A program made the translations under genes and the position numbers. Source: an uncultured bacterium (GTDB lineage: Bacteria; UBP4; UBA4092). From it: DNA of 42,693 nucleotides. Where the stretch lies: positions 1-42,693 of the forward strand of contig CAZXWN010000017.1 in NCBI GenBank assembly GCA_964644695.1, in the 5' to 3' direction. Of the stretch, positions 18,005 to 26,786 are shown piece after piece. Under the pieces are notes generated by a model that made no database searches, was not told the DNA's origin, and saw only the letters and a list, made by a program, of their open reading frames with translations. Position 1 is the stretch's first letter; each line of letters begins with the position of its first letter.

Positions 18005-18667
18005 TTAAAAAAGGGGAAATTGTTTTTTCTGGTACCAATGGGGTATGGTCAGGGCTTCATAATCTTCTTTATCTTCGACAGATAACCGTGAATCGTCTTC
18101 AACATACAAATAATCGGAGAATTCAACCCGGAAGGGAGCTGTCCCTTCGACTAAATCCTGTTTATAAGCAGCAATATATTGGCCGGTTTTATTTGTCCCC
18201 TGGAAACATTTATACCATTGAACGCGGTCCCATTCCCAATTTGCAGTGTCTTTTTGAATGATTTCAATCTGGTTTTCATAGGTTTTGATATGGGACTTGA
18301 TGTAGCTGTTATTTATGTATCGCGCATAATGGGGAGTGGATATGTAAAACAGCGAAATCATTATGATGCATCCAATAAGAGGGAAAAACATACTTAAGTC
18401 GCTTAATTTTGTAATCTTCGATTTCCAAGGCGCCACAACAAAGGTCAGAACCAGAAGTGCCAAAAATCCAAACAACAATACGATAAGACCGAAGACGGTA
18501 AATAGAATATGAATAAAATAGATTCCTGCACTACCGGGGTTGAAGGCTGTCCATGTTTTCAGACAATACCATATAAATATAAAGAGAGTGGTGGCAATAA
18601 TCTGAAACCAATTGGCAATCCATGCAATCCGCTGAAAATGTTTCTTAATTGAACCCATATCTGCCAT
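18005..18667 (-). CDS. Hypothetical membrane protein (3 TM segments plus soluble C-terminus), AT-rich
   Basis: 220-aa ORF with an AAGGGA RBS and hydrophobic segments. Confidence 0.7.
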   Translation of the reverse strand: MADMGSIKKHFQRIAWIANWFQIIATTLFIFIWYCLKTWTAFNPGSAGIYFIHILFTVFGLIVLLFGFLALLVLTFVVAPWKSKITKLSDLSMFFPLIGCIIMISLFYISTPHYARYINNSYIKSHIKTYENQIEIIQKDTANWEWDRVQWYKCFQGTNKTGQYIAAYKQDLVEGTAPFRVEFSDYLYVEDDSRLSVEDKEDYEALTIPHWYQKKQFPLF

Positions 18668-18904
18668 AATCCCTTATACCCCCGTTGTTTATATATGGTT
18701 TGTTCTGTTCAACTTTGACTAGGATACTCCGAAGATGGTCATTATTTCAAGTTTTGGAAATAAATTTCTAGTGCAGTGGGTCCAAAACGACACAAAATGG
18801 AGGGGGTTGAACCTTTGTTAGTCTAATGATATCAATGGTTCATGGTGATAATTGGATAAGAAGTTAACAGGGTCCATCGAAAAAAGTCAAAAACAAAAAG
18901 ACTA

Positions 18905-18913
18905 TGTTATAAT
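18905..18913 (+). promoter_or_regulatory. Extended -10 promoter candidate for the oxidoreductase operon
   Basis: TGTTATAAT preceded by A-tracts. Confidence 0.45.
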
Positions 18914-19177
18914 TTGAAGTCTTTTGGACCGTGATAATTTGGCAGTAAATCCCCGAATGGCAGCTAGAGAAAAGACCGATTGGGGCAACAAAGAGATAGT
19001 AAGGGTTAGAGTTGATTGCCCATCGGGTAATAACAACGGGAAGTAAACCACTCCCCCAATGACCCCAACGCCTGTCCGGATTGTCCAGTCAAAATCAGAA
19101 AAATTAATCCTCCCTTCAAGGGAAAGATAACAGCCGGAGTGTGTCCATCACTCCAGGCAGAAGGAGAAAAGGGTACT

Positions 19178-20119
19178 ATGGAACAATACAAGTTGCCTTA
19201 CCAGGATCATCTGGGCATCTGTAATGTGTTTATCTCGGCCATCGGTGGCGACGGCGCAAACATGGCAGCCAAACTGCTGTTCAAGATTGCAGTCGAATCG
19301 TTGGATCTCAATGGCGGGTATGATGCCCGTTATGGTTCCGAGAAAAAAGGGACAGCCACGGATGTTTCCCTGAAAGTTTGTCAAAAGGATACCCCGCTGC
19401 GGGAGTCCGGCCCAACCAATCGGCCGCATATCCTGTGTGCATTTCACTATGGTTTGATGCGTCCACTCGGCATGAACAAAGGCTTACAGCCGAATGCCAC
19501 GGTCATCGTCAACACGACCCGTACACCGGATGAAGTCCGCGATGAATTACAACTTCATTCCGGCACGATCATTTGTTTGAATGCGGAGAAGATTGCTGAA
19601 GAAACCAATTCCCGTTTGAACATGCCCATGATGGCCGCCATCGCCAAAGTGTTACAGTTTGCTGATGATGTCGTCATTCACAAAATCGAAGAAACCTGGC
19701 CCCGGGTGAAAGATGCGAACGTTGCCGCCTATAAAGCCGCGATCACTGAAGGAGTCTCCAAGACTTTTGAAGCGGACGGCAAATATCCACTGGTAGAACC
19801 TTCCATTCCCCGCGGACAGCTTGGTTACACCAACATGTTGAATGGTGGTTCGATTGATGCTCTCAGCCATACAACAGTGAATCGTGACAACCGAATCGCA
19901 GGTTATGGTTTTGTGCCTGAGTTTAATGAAGAAGCCTGTATCGGCTGTGCCATTTGTATGACCGTTTGTTCAGATCCAGGTGGAATCATCTGGAAAGATG
20001 GTAAAGTCATTGGCATCAACACCGCCTTCTGTAAAGGTTGTATGCGGTGTGTCGAAGTCTGCCCAAGCACCAAGAAGGGTAAGGCGTTCAATTTACCTGC
20101 TGAATTGATGGAGGCTTAA
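19178..20119 (+). CDS. 2-oxoacid:ferredoxin oxidoreductase, fused gamma-delta subunit (pyruvate synthase-like)
   Basis: IGGDGANMA, YGSEKKG, and a C-terminal 2[4Fe-4S] domain (CIGCAICMTVC...CKGCMRCVEVCP). Start placed at ATG 19178 after AGGAG. Confidence 0.9.
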   Translation: MEQYKLPYQDHLGICNVFISAIGGDGANMAAKLLFKIAVESLDLNGGYDARYGSEKKGTATDVSLKVCQKDTPLRESGPTNRPHILCAFHYGLMRPLGMNKGLQPNATVIVNTTRTPDEVRDELQLHSGTIICLNAEKIAEETNSRLNMPMMAAIAKVLQFADDVVIHKIEETWPRVKDANVAAYKAAITEGVSKTFEADGKYPLVEPSIPRGQLGYTNMLNGGSIDALSHTTVNRDNRIAGYGFVPEFNEEACIGCAICMTVCSDPGGIIWKDGKVIGINTAFCKGCMRCVEVCPSTKKGKAFNLPAELMEA

Positions 20120-20125
20120 TCAGAC

Positions 20126-22372
20126 ATGAATATTGATAGCAACTGCATGAAAACCAATATGGAACTGCCCGGCGTCGCTGAGCAGAAAGTCCTGATTGCA
20201 AATGGAAATGATGCGGCCGCACAAGCCGTTATCGACATTGGGTTTGACGGTGAAGGATATTATCCCATCACTCCGTCATCCGAAGTCGGTGAAATTGTTG
20301 CCAAAGGTTATGCCGATGGAAAGACAGACCTGAACTTTGTTGTTGGTACCTCAGAATTAGCCGCTCTCGGTATTTGCGCCGGTATGGCTATTGCTGGCGG
20401 TCGCGTTATTGATGCGACTTCCGCTCAGGGTCTGTTATTAAAGGCCGAAGAAATGCCGGCTATCTCCGGCATGGGCCTTCCGATGGTGATGAACCTGTCC
20501 GCCCGTGAAATCTCTGCTCCATTAAACATCAAATGCGGCCATTCCGATTTAGCGGCGGCATTAGGCTGGGGCTGGTTGATATTGATGGCTCCGACTGTTC
20601 AGTCTGTATATGACATGAACATCATTGGTGTTAAGCTGGCGGAAGCTGTTAACCTTCCCGTGATTGTCTGCTATGACGGATTCCTGACTTCCCATGGTAT
20701 TCGCCGGATCATGACTTTCAAAGACAAGAAGACTGTTGCTGAATGGGTAGGTCCAACACCAGAACGCATCAACATTCTTGATGTTAAGAACCCCATCACT
20801 TTTGGTCCTTACATGAACGACGATGTCATCAACACCAAAGTCGTCATGGAACAGAAGATGATGAAGGCTTATGAATTATTACCGGATATGTTTGAGTCCT
20901 TCTACAAACTGTCTGGCCGTAAATATGACTTTATGTGGACTTATGGTGATGAAGATCCCGATTCCACCATCGTCATTTTAAACTCTGCGGCTATCGCTGC
21001 CATGAACGCCATTGATACTATGCGCGCAGAAGGCAAGAAAGTCAGCATGGTCAGCCCGATGGTGCTCCGGCCCTGGCCGGAAGAAGAATTAGTCAAAGCA
21101 CTTCCTGAGAAAGCCACATTAGTGGTTGCTGAACGCGTTTCCCAGTATGGTGCCGGTAACTATATGGCTAATGAAATTGGTGCGGCTCTCCAGAAGGTTG
21201 GCCGAACCAACAAGATTCTGCAGCGGACCTATGGTCTGGGCGGAATACCTTTCACTTCTGATGACTGCAAGAATCTTATCGAGCTGGGTTTAGCCAAACC
21301 CGCCAAAGATTCCTTGACCTTCAAGGATTATTATGGAGCCTGGCCCGGAGACCCGAACTACAAACCGACTCCGACGATTGAAGCCATCAAAGCTGAAGAC
21401 TGCATGCTCAACGCCGAAATGGGCGACAAGATTGACCTGAAGAAACTGGCTGCAATGCCCAACCGCATTGAGAAACATTCAGCCTGCCCGGGTTGTGGTA
21501 TCTTTACCAACCTGAGCCAGTTCCTCCGTGGTATTGATGGTCATGTGGTACTGATGTTTAACACCGGCTGCGGCATGGTTGTTACAACTGGTTATCCATT
21601 GACCTCCTTCAAGGTGCCGTATGCCCATAACCTGTTCCATAATGCTTCTTCCACCGCGACAGGTGTGATGGAAATGTACAAACGGTTCAAGGCCCAGGGT
21701 AAGATTACCGAAGAAATTACCTTCGTCTGTGTTTCTGGTGACGGTGGCGATGACATTGGTATGGATCAGCTCATTGCCGCAGGTTTGCGGAATGATCCTA
21801 TCATCTTCCTGGAATACGACAATAAGGGTTATATGAACACCGGCGGCCAGATGTGCTATACCGGTATTGAAGGCCAGCGGTTCACCAATGCCCATGTTGG
21901 AAAATGCCAGAAGGGTAAAGGCACACACCATAAAGACATCGTGGAGATTATGCGCGGTACCAACTGTTCATACATCTTTACCGCTGCTGAATCCAATTCA
22001 CGCGACATGATCGCCAAAGCCCGCAAGGCTCAAAAGACAGTCCGTGAAGGTGGGTTTGCCTTCGGTAAGTTGTTCTCCACCTGCCCGCTTAACTGGGGTG
22101 CTGATCCGAAGAAGGGTCCAAGAATTGTGGAATCCGCAGTGAACTCCTGTCTGCATCCGCTTTATGAAGTGGAACATGGTATTACCACTTTGAATTATGA
22201 TCCTGAAAAATTAGGGAAGAAGATTCCGGTTGTTGATCTGTTCAAGATCATGGGTTCTGCCTTCCGTCAGTTGACCACTCCTGATTTCGCTGATATTCTG
22301 GCGGATGTCCAGGGTGAAGTTGATCGTCGGTGGGAACGCTTGAAAGAAATGGCGAATAACCCGAAACTGTAA
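20126..22372 (+). CDS. 2-oxoacid:ferredoxin oxidoreductase, fused alpha-beta subunit (TPP-binding)
   Basis: YYPITPS, ATSAQG, ACPGCG, NTGC, GDGG...YDNKGYMNTGGQ, CPLNW. Confidence 0.92.
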   Translation: MNIDSNCMKTNMELPGVAEQKVLIANGNDAAAQAVIDIGFDGEGYYPITPSSEVGEIVAKGYADGKTDLNFVVGTSELAALGICAGMAIAGGRVIDATSAQGLLLKAEEMPAISGMGLPMVMNLSAREISAPLNIKCGHSDLAAALGWGWLILMAPTVQSVYDMNIIGVKLAEAVNLPVIVCYDGFLTSHGIRRIMTFKDKKTVAEWVGPTPERINILDVKNPITFGPYMNDDVINTKVVMEQKMMKAYELLPDMFESFYKLSGRKYDFMWTYGDEDPDSTIVILNSAAIAAMNAIDTMRAEGKKVSMVSPMVLRPWPEEELVKALPEKATLVVAERVSQYGAGNYMANEIGAALQKVGRTNKILQRTYGLGGIPFTSDDCKNLIELGLAKPAKDSLTFKDYYGAWPGDPNYKPTPTIEAIKAEDCMLNAEMGDKIDLKKLAAMPNRIEKHSACPGCGIFTNLSQFLRGIDGHVVLMFNTGCGMVVTTGYPLTSFKVPYAHNLFHNASSTATGVMEMYKRFKAQGKITEEITFVCVSGDGGDDIGMDQLIAAGLRNDPIIFLEYDNKGYMNTGGQMCYTGIEGQRFTNAHVGKCQKGKGTHHKDIVEIMRGTNCSYIFTAAESNSRDMIAKARKAQKTVREGGFAFGKLFSTCPLNWGADPKKGPRIVESAVNSCLHPLYEVEHGITTLNYDPEKLGKKIPVVDLFKIMGSAFRQLTTPDFADILADVQGEVDRRWERLKEMANNPKL

Positions 22373-22387
22373 TTTCCCCTTAGTTTA

Positions 22388-22433
22388 GATAAAGTGATCC
22401 CCCGGTTCTGTAAGGAGCCGGGGGATTTTTATT
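22388..22433 (+). repeat. 46-bp dispersed hairpin repeat, copy 1; also terminator of the oxidoreductase operon
   Basis: GATAAAGTGATCCCCCGGTTCTGTAAGGAGCCGGGGGATTTTTATT; 45/46 identical to 36173-36218. Confidence 0.9.
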
Positions 22434-22568
22434 TAAGGGGGTGTTGCTGATGGTACAAATCGGTGGACACCCCCGGTTGTTTTTATATGGGAGGATGGTA
22501 ACACTGCTGGCGAAAGGCCAGAACGTTTTTTGACAATTAAATCAGATAATGCGTGGGTCCTAATTCAC

Positions 22569-22608
22569 AAAAAAAGGGGATACAGTGATAATGCACACTG
22601 TATCCCCT
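22569..22608 (-). terminator. Rho-independent terminator of the M6 protease gene
   Basis: AGGGGATACAGTG/CACTGTATCCCCT perfect stem plus a T-tract on the minus strand. Confidence 0.88.
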
Positions 22609-22624
22609 GGGATTATTAATGGAT

Positions 22625-24166
22625 TTAGTATTCTATGAGTGTCTGCCACATATCAACGCTTGTGGCTGGGTTTCCAATCGTCAGATCGGCCTTGATGGAA
22701 CTCCCCAAACCACTGGTTCGGATGATATTTTCTACGGCAACTCTCGACTCGGTGCCATTGTAAAATTTGCTGTCAGGTGTTGATGTTCCATTAAAGGTTT
22801 GGTATCCACCGGCCACTCCTGGCCATGGGTCATTTGTGTCTCCCGTATTCAACTTTTTTTCCAGATGGAATAATCCATCCGCCTGTTCCAGTGCTACTAA
22901 ATAATGTCCTGAAGTCGTATGACCACTGTACCACTCATTTTCATTACTGGTATAAACAGAGTCGTCCACATGGTAAATCATCAAACCTGATCCGGGCAAT
23001 CCAGTGTCATAACCACTGGTACTCCGGTTTTCCAGTAGAAAATATTGGGATTCTGTGGTGGTGTTGCTCCATAGCTTCACGACAGGACCACCCGTCTCCA
23101 CCGGATTTAAGGTATAGTCTTTTAAGTTGTTTATCGGAATGACTGGAGTTTCCCATCCCAGATAAACCCGACACCAGGCGCTTGGCCATGCGGGGCTGTC
23201 TCCTCCCCCATTCCATGAACCGTTGGCCATTAAACACCATTTCCCCAAACCTCTGGAGGAGTAATCCGTATCGTACAGGTCTGGAAGTCCCAGAACATGT
23301 CCATACTCATGGCAGAACACTCCAATACTTAAATCACCGGGAGTGTATTCATATTCAGGTTCAATACTATATTCAGATACCCGTACTCCATCCACCAGTT
23401 TTGAACTGATAGACCACTGATGTGACCAGATATCTGTTGTAGAGGCAGAGACTTCAGCCCCGCGCCCGGCATGAATCACAAATAAAGCATCGACATACCC
23501 TGTGCTCTTATTGTCATACTGGGAAAAATCAATATATGGGTCTGCCAGTGTAACCAAATCTTCGACCAGCTTCCGGGCATTGTGGGGATAATCATTACCA
23601 ATGCCATTACTTGTCCCCGCATAATAAGTGGAAGTTTGGGGGACCCGGAACCATTGAGAGACTTCCCCTGTCAAGGTGAACTGGTTACGGGATACTTCCT
23701 GGTAATATTTCTTCATGGAATTGCCGTCCCCGAACAACATACTCGTAAACGAAGAATAACTCACCTGGGCTGTTTCATCTGAAAAGTCAGCCAGTAACAC
23801 CAACGCTTTCCGAGTCCCGGTGATGGCTGTCCGATTGACTCCGGCGGCGGTTCCGCTTTTCAAGGCAGCCGGTGAGTAGTCTCTGTCCAAGGGGATCCCG
23901 GCCGCCGCATTTTGTTCTTTGGCCCGCATCAACACCTGTAACACTTGCTCCAGGCGTCCTTCTTTGCGTAATTTTTCCATCGTATCGGGATTCATTGAGA
24001 CCAGTCGCGGTGCCGAATTTGCGGACATGATGACCATATCTGCACTCGTTCCCGGCTGTTTCAAATACTCTACCAGGGGACTCCTGGTATTTCTAATTGG
24101 CTGAGCCATTACGCTGCCGGTTAAAATCAGCAATCCTGCTAATAAAGACAATCGTTTGAAAGACAT
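22625..24166 (-). CDS. Secreted M6 family (immune inhibitor A-like) zinc metalloprotease
   Basis: Signal peptide; YYQEVS; IHAG; HEYGHVLGLPDLYD; WCLMANGSW; YFLLENR; GLMIYHVDD. Start placed at ATG 24166 after GAGGT. Confidence 0.92.
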   Translation of the reverse strand: MSFKRLSLLAGLLILTGSVMAQPIRNTRSPLVEYLKQPGTSADMVIMSANSAPRLVSMNPDTMEKLRKEGRLEQVLQVLMRAKEQNAAAGIPLDRDYSPAALKSGTAAGVNRTAITGTRKALVLLADFSDETAQVSYSSFTSMLFGDGNSMKKYYQEVSRNQFTLTGEVSQWFRVPQTSTYYAGTSNGIGNDYPHNARKLVEDLVTLADPYIDFSQYDNKSTGYVDALFVIHAGRGAEVSASTTDIWSHQWSISSKLVDGVRVSEYSIEPEYEYTPGDLSIGVFCHEYGHVLGLPDLYDTDYSSRGLGKWCLMANGSWNGGGDSPAWPSAWCRVYLGWETPVIPINNLKDYTLNPVETGGPVVKLWSNTTTESQYFLLENRSTSGYDTGLPGSGLMIYHVDDSVYTSNENEWYSGHTTSGHYLVALEQADGLFHLEKKLNTGDTNDPWPGVAGGYQTFNGTSTPDSKFYNGTESRVAVENIIRTSGLGSSIKADLTIGNPATSVDMWQTLIEY

Positions 24167-24234
24167 ATCAACCTCGCTTGACAACAGTGTTTTTGATTGT
24201 TAACTCATAATATCACAGGCAAAAGTTGGTATAT

Positions 24235-24267
24235 AAAAACCCCCTGGATTCTTTGGAACCCAGGGGG
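24235..24267 (-). terminator. Rho-independent terminator after the two small Zn-binding genes
   Basis: CCCCCTGG/CCAGGGGG stem plus a T-tract on the minus strand. Confidence 0.75.
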
Positions 24268-24291
24268 CGTGTTTCTTCTTACAAGACTGGA

Positions 24292-24516
24292 TTACATAGG
24301 TTTCCCAGTCTGGAGGGTGTAGTACTGAGTCGTGGTTCTGGAGTGTCCGGGCATATTTAACATGACAATACATGCCGGACAGATGGGATACATGGAATCT
24401 TCATCATCCATGTGATCTTCTACCCACTGATGTCCAAGTTTCTCACCGCACAACGCACAGGACATCCGTGACCAAACGGGACTTACTTCATGATAGTGGT
24501 GATATTTACCCGACAT
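24292..24516 (-). CDS. Small putative Zn-finger protein (74 aa)
   Basis: Strong AAGGAGGT RBS; CALC...CPAC; His-rich N-terminus. Confidence 0.65.
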   Translation of the reverse strand: MSGKYHHYHEVSPVWSRMSCALCGEKLGHQWVEDHMDDEDSMYPICPACIVMLNMPGHSRTTTQYYTLQTGKPM

Positions 24517-24602
24517 ACGCTACGACCTCCTTTATGAAATCAACACTGTAAAATAAGGTGCTGGTTCCGGCAGGCCTAACGCCAAGCAGGCTTACCGGTC
24601 GA

Positions 24603-24860
24603 TCAGATCATAAAGCGGAAATTGCAGTGGTTGCACCAGACTCCCCCACGATTCTGATTCTGGGGGTCTGTTAGACGCATAGCGACCAATTCTCCCTTCT
24701 CACAGAAAGGACAGGTTCCCACAGAGCTGGAGTATTCATTCGCCTCAAAGAATTTCTCCATAACAACCTTCATCTGACTTTCAATAAAGGGACGGTTCAA
24801 TTCTTTTGACTGTGGTTTAACCTGATAGGTTGGGGGTAATTGGTCTGCAGTACGTGCCAT
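24603..24860 (-). CDS. Small putative Zn-ribbon protein (85 aa)
   Basis: AGGAGG RBS; C-terminal CPFC...WCNHC. Confidence 0.7.
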   Translation of the reverse strand: MARTADQLPPTYQVKPQSKELNRPFIESQMKVVMEKFFEANEYSSSVGTCPFCEKGELVAMRLTDPQNQNRGGVWCNHCNFRFMI

Positions 24861-25073
24861 AGTATCGAGACCCTCCTGTTTGAAAAGGTGTTATTTCGGT
24901 TCTGCTCTATACCTTATTATATCCCAAGGATAACAATCAACCCACATCTTAAGGATGTTTTTAATTTTGAGGTATTTTGTATTTGCGTTGATTCTGGAAA
25001 AAACTGGATGATAGGACTACAATAAATAGGTCGGCATAATTCCCGACCTAATTCTTTCCAGGAGAATCCCTTC

Positions 25074-26639
25074 ATGAAATACCGATTTACCGCACTGTTG
25101 CTGACAGCCTTACTGTCTGTCTGGGCTGCTGCACAATCCACCACACAAGTATCCGGTGTTGTTTATCTGGATGCCAATAAAAATGGAATTCGGGATGTTA
25201 ATGAAAAAGGTGCTTACCGGGTTCGTGTTTCCAATGGTCGCGATATTGTAGCCACTGACCAGGAAGGCAAGTACACACTGCCGATTAATGGAGATGCGAA
25301 CATCTTTGTGATTAAGCCTGCAGGATATACTTTCCTGAAAGATAATCAAAACCGGTTTAAATTCTTCTTTATCCATCGGCCCAACGGTTCACCTGAGATG
25401 AAGTTCCCCACACTGGCACCAACAAAACTGCCAGCTTCTTTGGACTTCGGTCTTATTGCCGATCCTGCAGAATCTAAAAATAACGTGCGGGTGTTGCTGT
25501 TTGGAGACCCCCAGATTAATCCCCGGACCCTGAATCTTTTTGCCAATGATGTAGTCACGGAGCTTGTGGGTACTAAAGCCGACTTTTTAGTTACCCTCGG
25601 TGATAATGTAGCGGAGCGACTGGGAATGTTTGATATTCTTGGAGATGTCGTTAAACAAATCGGGGTGCCATGGAGACCTGTCCCCGGTAACCATGATGAA
25701 AACTATGATACTCTCGGTGACAAATATGCTCTCGAAACTTATATCAAAAACTATGGTCCTCAATATTACAGCTTTGAGCAAGGCCTCGCTCATTTCATCG
25801 TAATAGATGACATTAACTGGATTCGTGAATCAATGGAGAAGAATGGCACCTACAATTGTGCTTTGGGCGAAGACCAAATGGCCTTCATAAAAAATGACCT
25901 CGCGCGTGTCCCCAAAGATAAACTCATTGTTTTCTTCATGCACATTCCCATTGTTCAGCTGAAGGAAAGAAATGAGTTGTTCAATATTCTTAAAGACTAT
26001 CCTCATACTCTGTCTGTGGCAGGCCATACCCATTCACAGTATGATGCTTTCTTAAATAAGGAAGATGGATGGAAGGGGAAAGGCGCTCACCATCTCCATG
26101 TTCAGGGCGCTACCTGCGGTGCCTGGTGGGGTGGAGTAGAAGATGAATATGGTCTGTCCCATGCCGGGAACCTTGATGCCACACCGAATGGTTATTCCTT
26201 CCTGGATATTACTGGGAATCAGTATAAGATTAAATTTTATGCGTCTCGGCGGCCGGCAGATTTCCAAATGGCTATCTGGACTCCTTTTGAAATGACGACT
26301 CAGGAATCGGATACCACTGCGGCCTATGTCAATATCTTTGCAGGCAATAATAAAACTAAAGTCACCATGACTCTTGATGACACCGTAGTTTTGAATCCTG
26401 TCAAAACTCTTGAACCAGACCCTCGGGGTGTTCGCCAACAACAATGGGAAAAAGATGCGAACAGTAAATTGGTGGGTGTATCCTTGATGACTCGAGATTG
26501 CCGTCACCTATGGAAAGCGGAGCTTCCCAAAGGCCTGAAACTTGGGTATCACAAGATTACCGTAAAAGCGGTTGATATGTACGGTTTCACCTTCACAGGA
26601 AATCAGATGTTCAAAATCATTAAAGAAAAAGAAGAGTAA
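25074..26639 (+). CDS. Secreted calcineurin-like metallophosphoesterase with N- and C-terminal accessory domains (paralog 1)
   Basis: Signal peptide; GVVYLDANKNG...VSNG; GDPQ, GDNV, GNHD, HIP, GHTH; CGAWW; DATPNGY. Confidence 0.9.
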   Translation: MKYRFTALLLTALLSVWAAAQSTTQVSGVVYLDANKNGIRDVNEKGAYRVRVSNGRDIVATDQEGKYTLPINGDANIFVIKPAGYTFLKDNQNRFKFFFIHRPNGSPEMKFPTLAPTKLPASLDFGLIADPAESKNNVRVLLFGDPQINPRTLNLFANDVVTELVGTKADFLVTLGDNVAERLGMFDILGDVVKQIGVPWRPVPGNHDENYDTLGDKYALETYIKNYGPQYYSFEQGLAHFIVIDDINWIRESMEKNGTYNCALGEDQMAFIKNDLARVPKDKLIVFFMHIPIVQLKERNELFNILKDYPHTLSVAGHTHSQYDAFLNKEDGWKGKGAHHLHVQGATCGAWWGGVEDEYGLSHAGNLDATPNGYSFLDITGNQYKIKFYASRRPADFQMAIWTPFEMTTQESDTTAAYVNIFAGNNKTKVTMTLDDTVVLNPVKTLEPDPRGVRQQQWEKDANSKLVGVSLMTRDCRHLWKAELPKGLKLGYHKITVKAVDMYGFTFTGNQMFKIIKEKEE

Positions 26640-26666
26640 CGATTATTCGGCAATACAATTTTTTGG

Positions 26667-26699
26667 AAGCCCCTGATAAATTGTCAGGGGCTTTTTTTT
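26667..26699 (+). terminator. Rho-independent terminator
   Basis: AAGCCCCTGA/TCAGGGGCTT stem plus T8. Confidence 0.88.
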
Positions 26700-26786
26700 A
26701 TTCTTCTGGATATATTTGAAAGACAGGAATAAAATAGTTCTTTAATTATCAAGTCCTGACATGCGATCCCCAAGGAGATTCCCCAG

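Noticed and set aside
22496-22530. GGTAACAC...CTGGC-GAAA-GGCCAG hairpin resembling the first stem of a c-di-GMP-I riboswitch
   Set aside because: The GCAAAG junction and second stem are absent, and it lies between convergent gene ends.
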